A stretch of 64,000 nucleotides of DNA, taken from assembly GCF_009914755.1 (NCBI RefSeq), contig NC_060947.1; one strand, given 5' to 3'. The notes under the pieces were generated by a model. It worked only from the letters and a program-made list of their open reading frames with translations, had not been told where the DNA came from and did no database searches. Position 1 is the first letter of the stretch, and each line of letters starts with the position of its first letter. Below, piece by piece: positions 62,511 to 64,000 of the stretch. Position numbers and translations under genes: made by a program. This DNA is from the human T2T-CHM13v2.0 reference genome, Homo sapiens.

Positions 62511-62865
62511 CGATATGGTTTGGCTGTGTCTCCACCTATATCTCATCTCGAATTCCCGTGTGTTGTGGGAGGGACCCAGTGAAGGTAATTGAATCTTGGG
62601 GGCAAGTCTTTCCCATGCTGTTCTTGTGATAGTGAATAAGTCTCATGAGATCTGATGGTTTTCTAAAGAGGAGTTCCTTTGCACAAGCTCTCTCTTTGCC
62701 TGCTACCATCCATGTAAGAAATGACTTGCTCCTCCTTCCCTTCTGCCATGATTGCGGGGTCTCCTCAGCCACGTGGAACTGTAAGTCCATTAAACCTCTC
62801 TTTCTTTTATAAATTGCCCAGTCTTGAGTATGTCTCTATCAGCAGCATGGAAACAGACTAATACC
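62511..62865 (+). mobile_element. THE1A-like MaLR solo LTR
   Basis: GATATGGTTTGGCTGTGTC...GAGATCTGATGGTTTT...CATCCATGTAAG...ATTAAACCTC...AAATTGCCCAGTC...GACTAATAC. 5-bp TSD TACCT at 62506-62510 and 62866-62870. Confidence 0.92.
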
Positions 62866-63469
62866 TACCTGAAAGAAAGAAAATCAGTATATCGAAGAGA
62901 TATCTGCACTCCTACATTAGTTGCAGCACTGTTGCCAATAGCCAAGATTTGGAAACAACCTAAGTGTCCATCAAAAGATGAATCAATAAAGAAAATGTGG
63001 TACATATACACAATGGAGTACTATTCAGCCATAAAAAAATGAGATCCTGTCATGTGCAACAACATGCATGAAACTGGAGATCATTATGTTAAGTAAAATA
63101 AGCCAGGCACAGAAAGACAAATATTGGATGTTCTCATTTATCTGTGGAATGTAAAAAGCAAAAGAATTGAACTCATGGAGATAGAGAGTACAAGGAAAGT
63201 TTGCAAAGGCTGGGAAGCATAGTGGGGGTCTGGGGAAAGAGGTGACGATGGTTAATGAGCACAAAAAATAGACAAAATGAATAAGACGTAGTATTTGATA
63301 GCACAACAGGGTGACTATAGTCTATAATAATTTAATTGTACATTTTAAAACAACTGAAAGAATATAATTGGATTCTTTGTAACACTAAAAATAAATGCTT
63401 GAGGGAATGGATACCCCATTCTCCACAATGTGATTATTAGGCATTGCATGCCTATATCAAAACATCTCA

Positions 63470-64000
63470 AAGATGGCCAAAAAGGAAGAGCTCTAGTCTG
63501 CAGCTCCCAGTGAGATCAATGCAGAAAGCCGGTGATTTCTGGATTTCCAACTGAGGTACCCAGCTCAGCTCATTGGGATTGGTTAGTCAGTGGGTGCAGC
63601 CCATGGAGGGTGAGTCAAAGCAGGGTGGGTTGTTGACTCACCTGGGAAGAACAGGGGGTCAGGGAACTCTCTCCCCTAGCCAAGGGAAGCCGTGAGGGAG
63701 TGCCACATGAGGAACAGTGCACTCTGGCCCAGATTCTACATTTTTCCCATGGTCTTCACAAACCACAGACCAGGAGATTCCCTCAGGTGCCTATGCCACC
63801 AGGGCCCTGGGTTTCAAGCACAAAACTGGGTGGCTGTTTGGGAAGACACTGAGCTAGCTGCAGGAGGTTTTTTTCATACCCCAGTGGAGCCTGGAATGTC
63901 AGAGAGACAGAACCATTCACTCCCCTGAAAAAGGGGCTGAAGCCAGGGAGCCAAGTGTTCTAGCTCAGTGGATCCCACCCCCAGAGAGCCCAGCAAGCTA
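63470..64000 (+). mobile_element. 5'UTR of an L1PA7-like element, continuing beyond the window
   Basis: AAGATGGCC...GTCTGCAGCTCCCAGTGAGATCAATGCAGAA...; colinear with the 5'UTR at 20468-21010. Confidence 0.92.

Larger units (their letters stand above)
55297..63469 (+). mobile_element. Near full-length L1MA2-like element (L1M1 5' end), interrupted by AluSp, THE1A and L1PA7
   Basis: 5' GGAGCAAGATGGC...CACCTTCATAAGAACCAAAAATCA; ORF1 and ORF2 remnants (59123-59542 onward); 3'UTR GTATTTGATAGCACAACAGGGTGACTATAG...GGATACCCCATTCTCC...AAAACATCTCA, cut just before its end. Confidence 0.88.

Overview
Primate (most likely human) intergenic DNA that is extremely rich in LINE-1. About two thirds of the 64 kb belongs to nine largely full-length or rearranged L1 copies: L1PA13-16/L1PREC2-like, L1PA6, two L1PA7, a twin-primed L1PA4-like insert, L1PB1, L1PB2, L1PB3 and L1MA2. 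The rest holds Alus, solo LTRs (MER9, MER61, THE1A, MLT1), DNA-transposon relics, MIR/L2 fragments and short unique islands. I found no intact protein-coding gene; all long ORFs are decayed L1 ORF1/ORF2 pieces. The one gene-derived feature is an intronless, disabled SPRYD7 retrocopy (47783-54905) split by a full-length L1PB2 with target-site duplications; the ORF track misses it. The most interesting signals are mechanistic fossils: a young-L1 gene-conversion-like tract inside an older L1PA7, a three-level nest (AluYa5-like in a 5'-inverted L1 in an L1PA7 tail), a four-monomer array in an L1 5'UTR, a template-switch triplication with a hairpin, and an L1PB3 collapsed by a large deletion healed with (TA)n. 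I cannot support a new biological system from this sequence. Subfamily names come from recalled consensus diagnostics and need Dfam/RepeatMasker confirmation.
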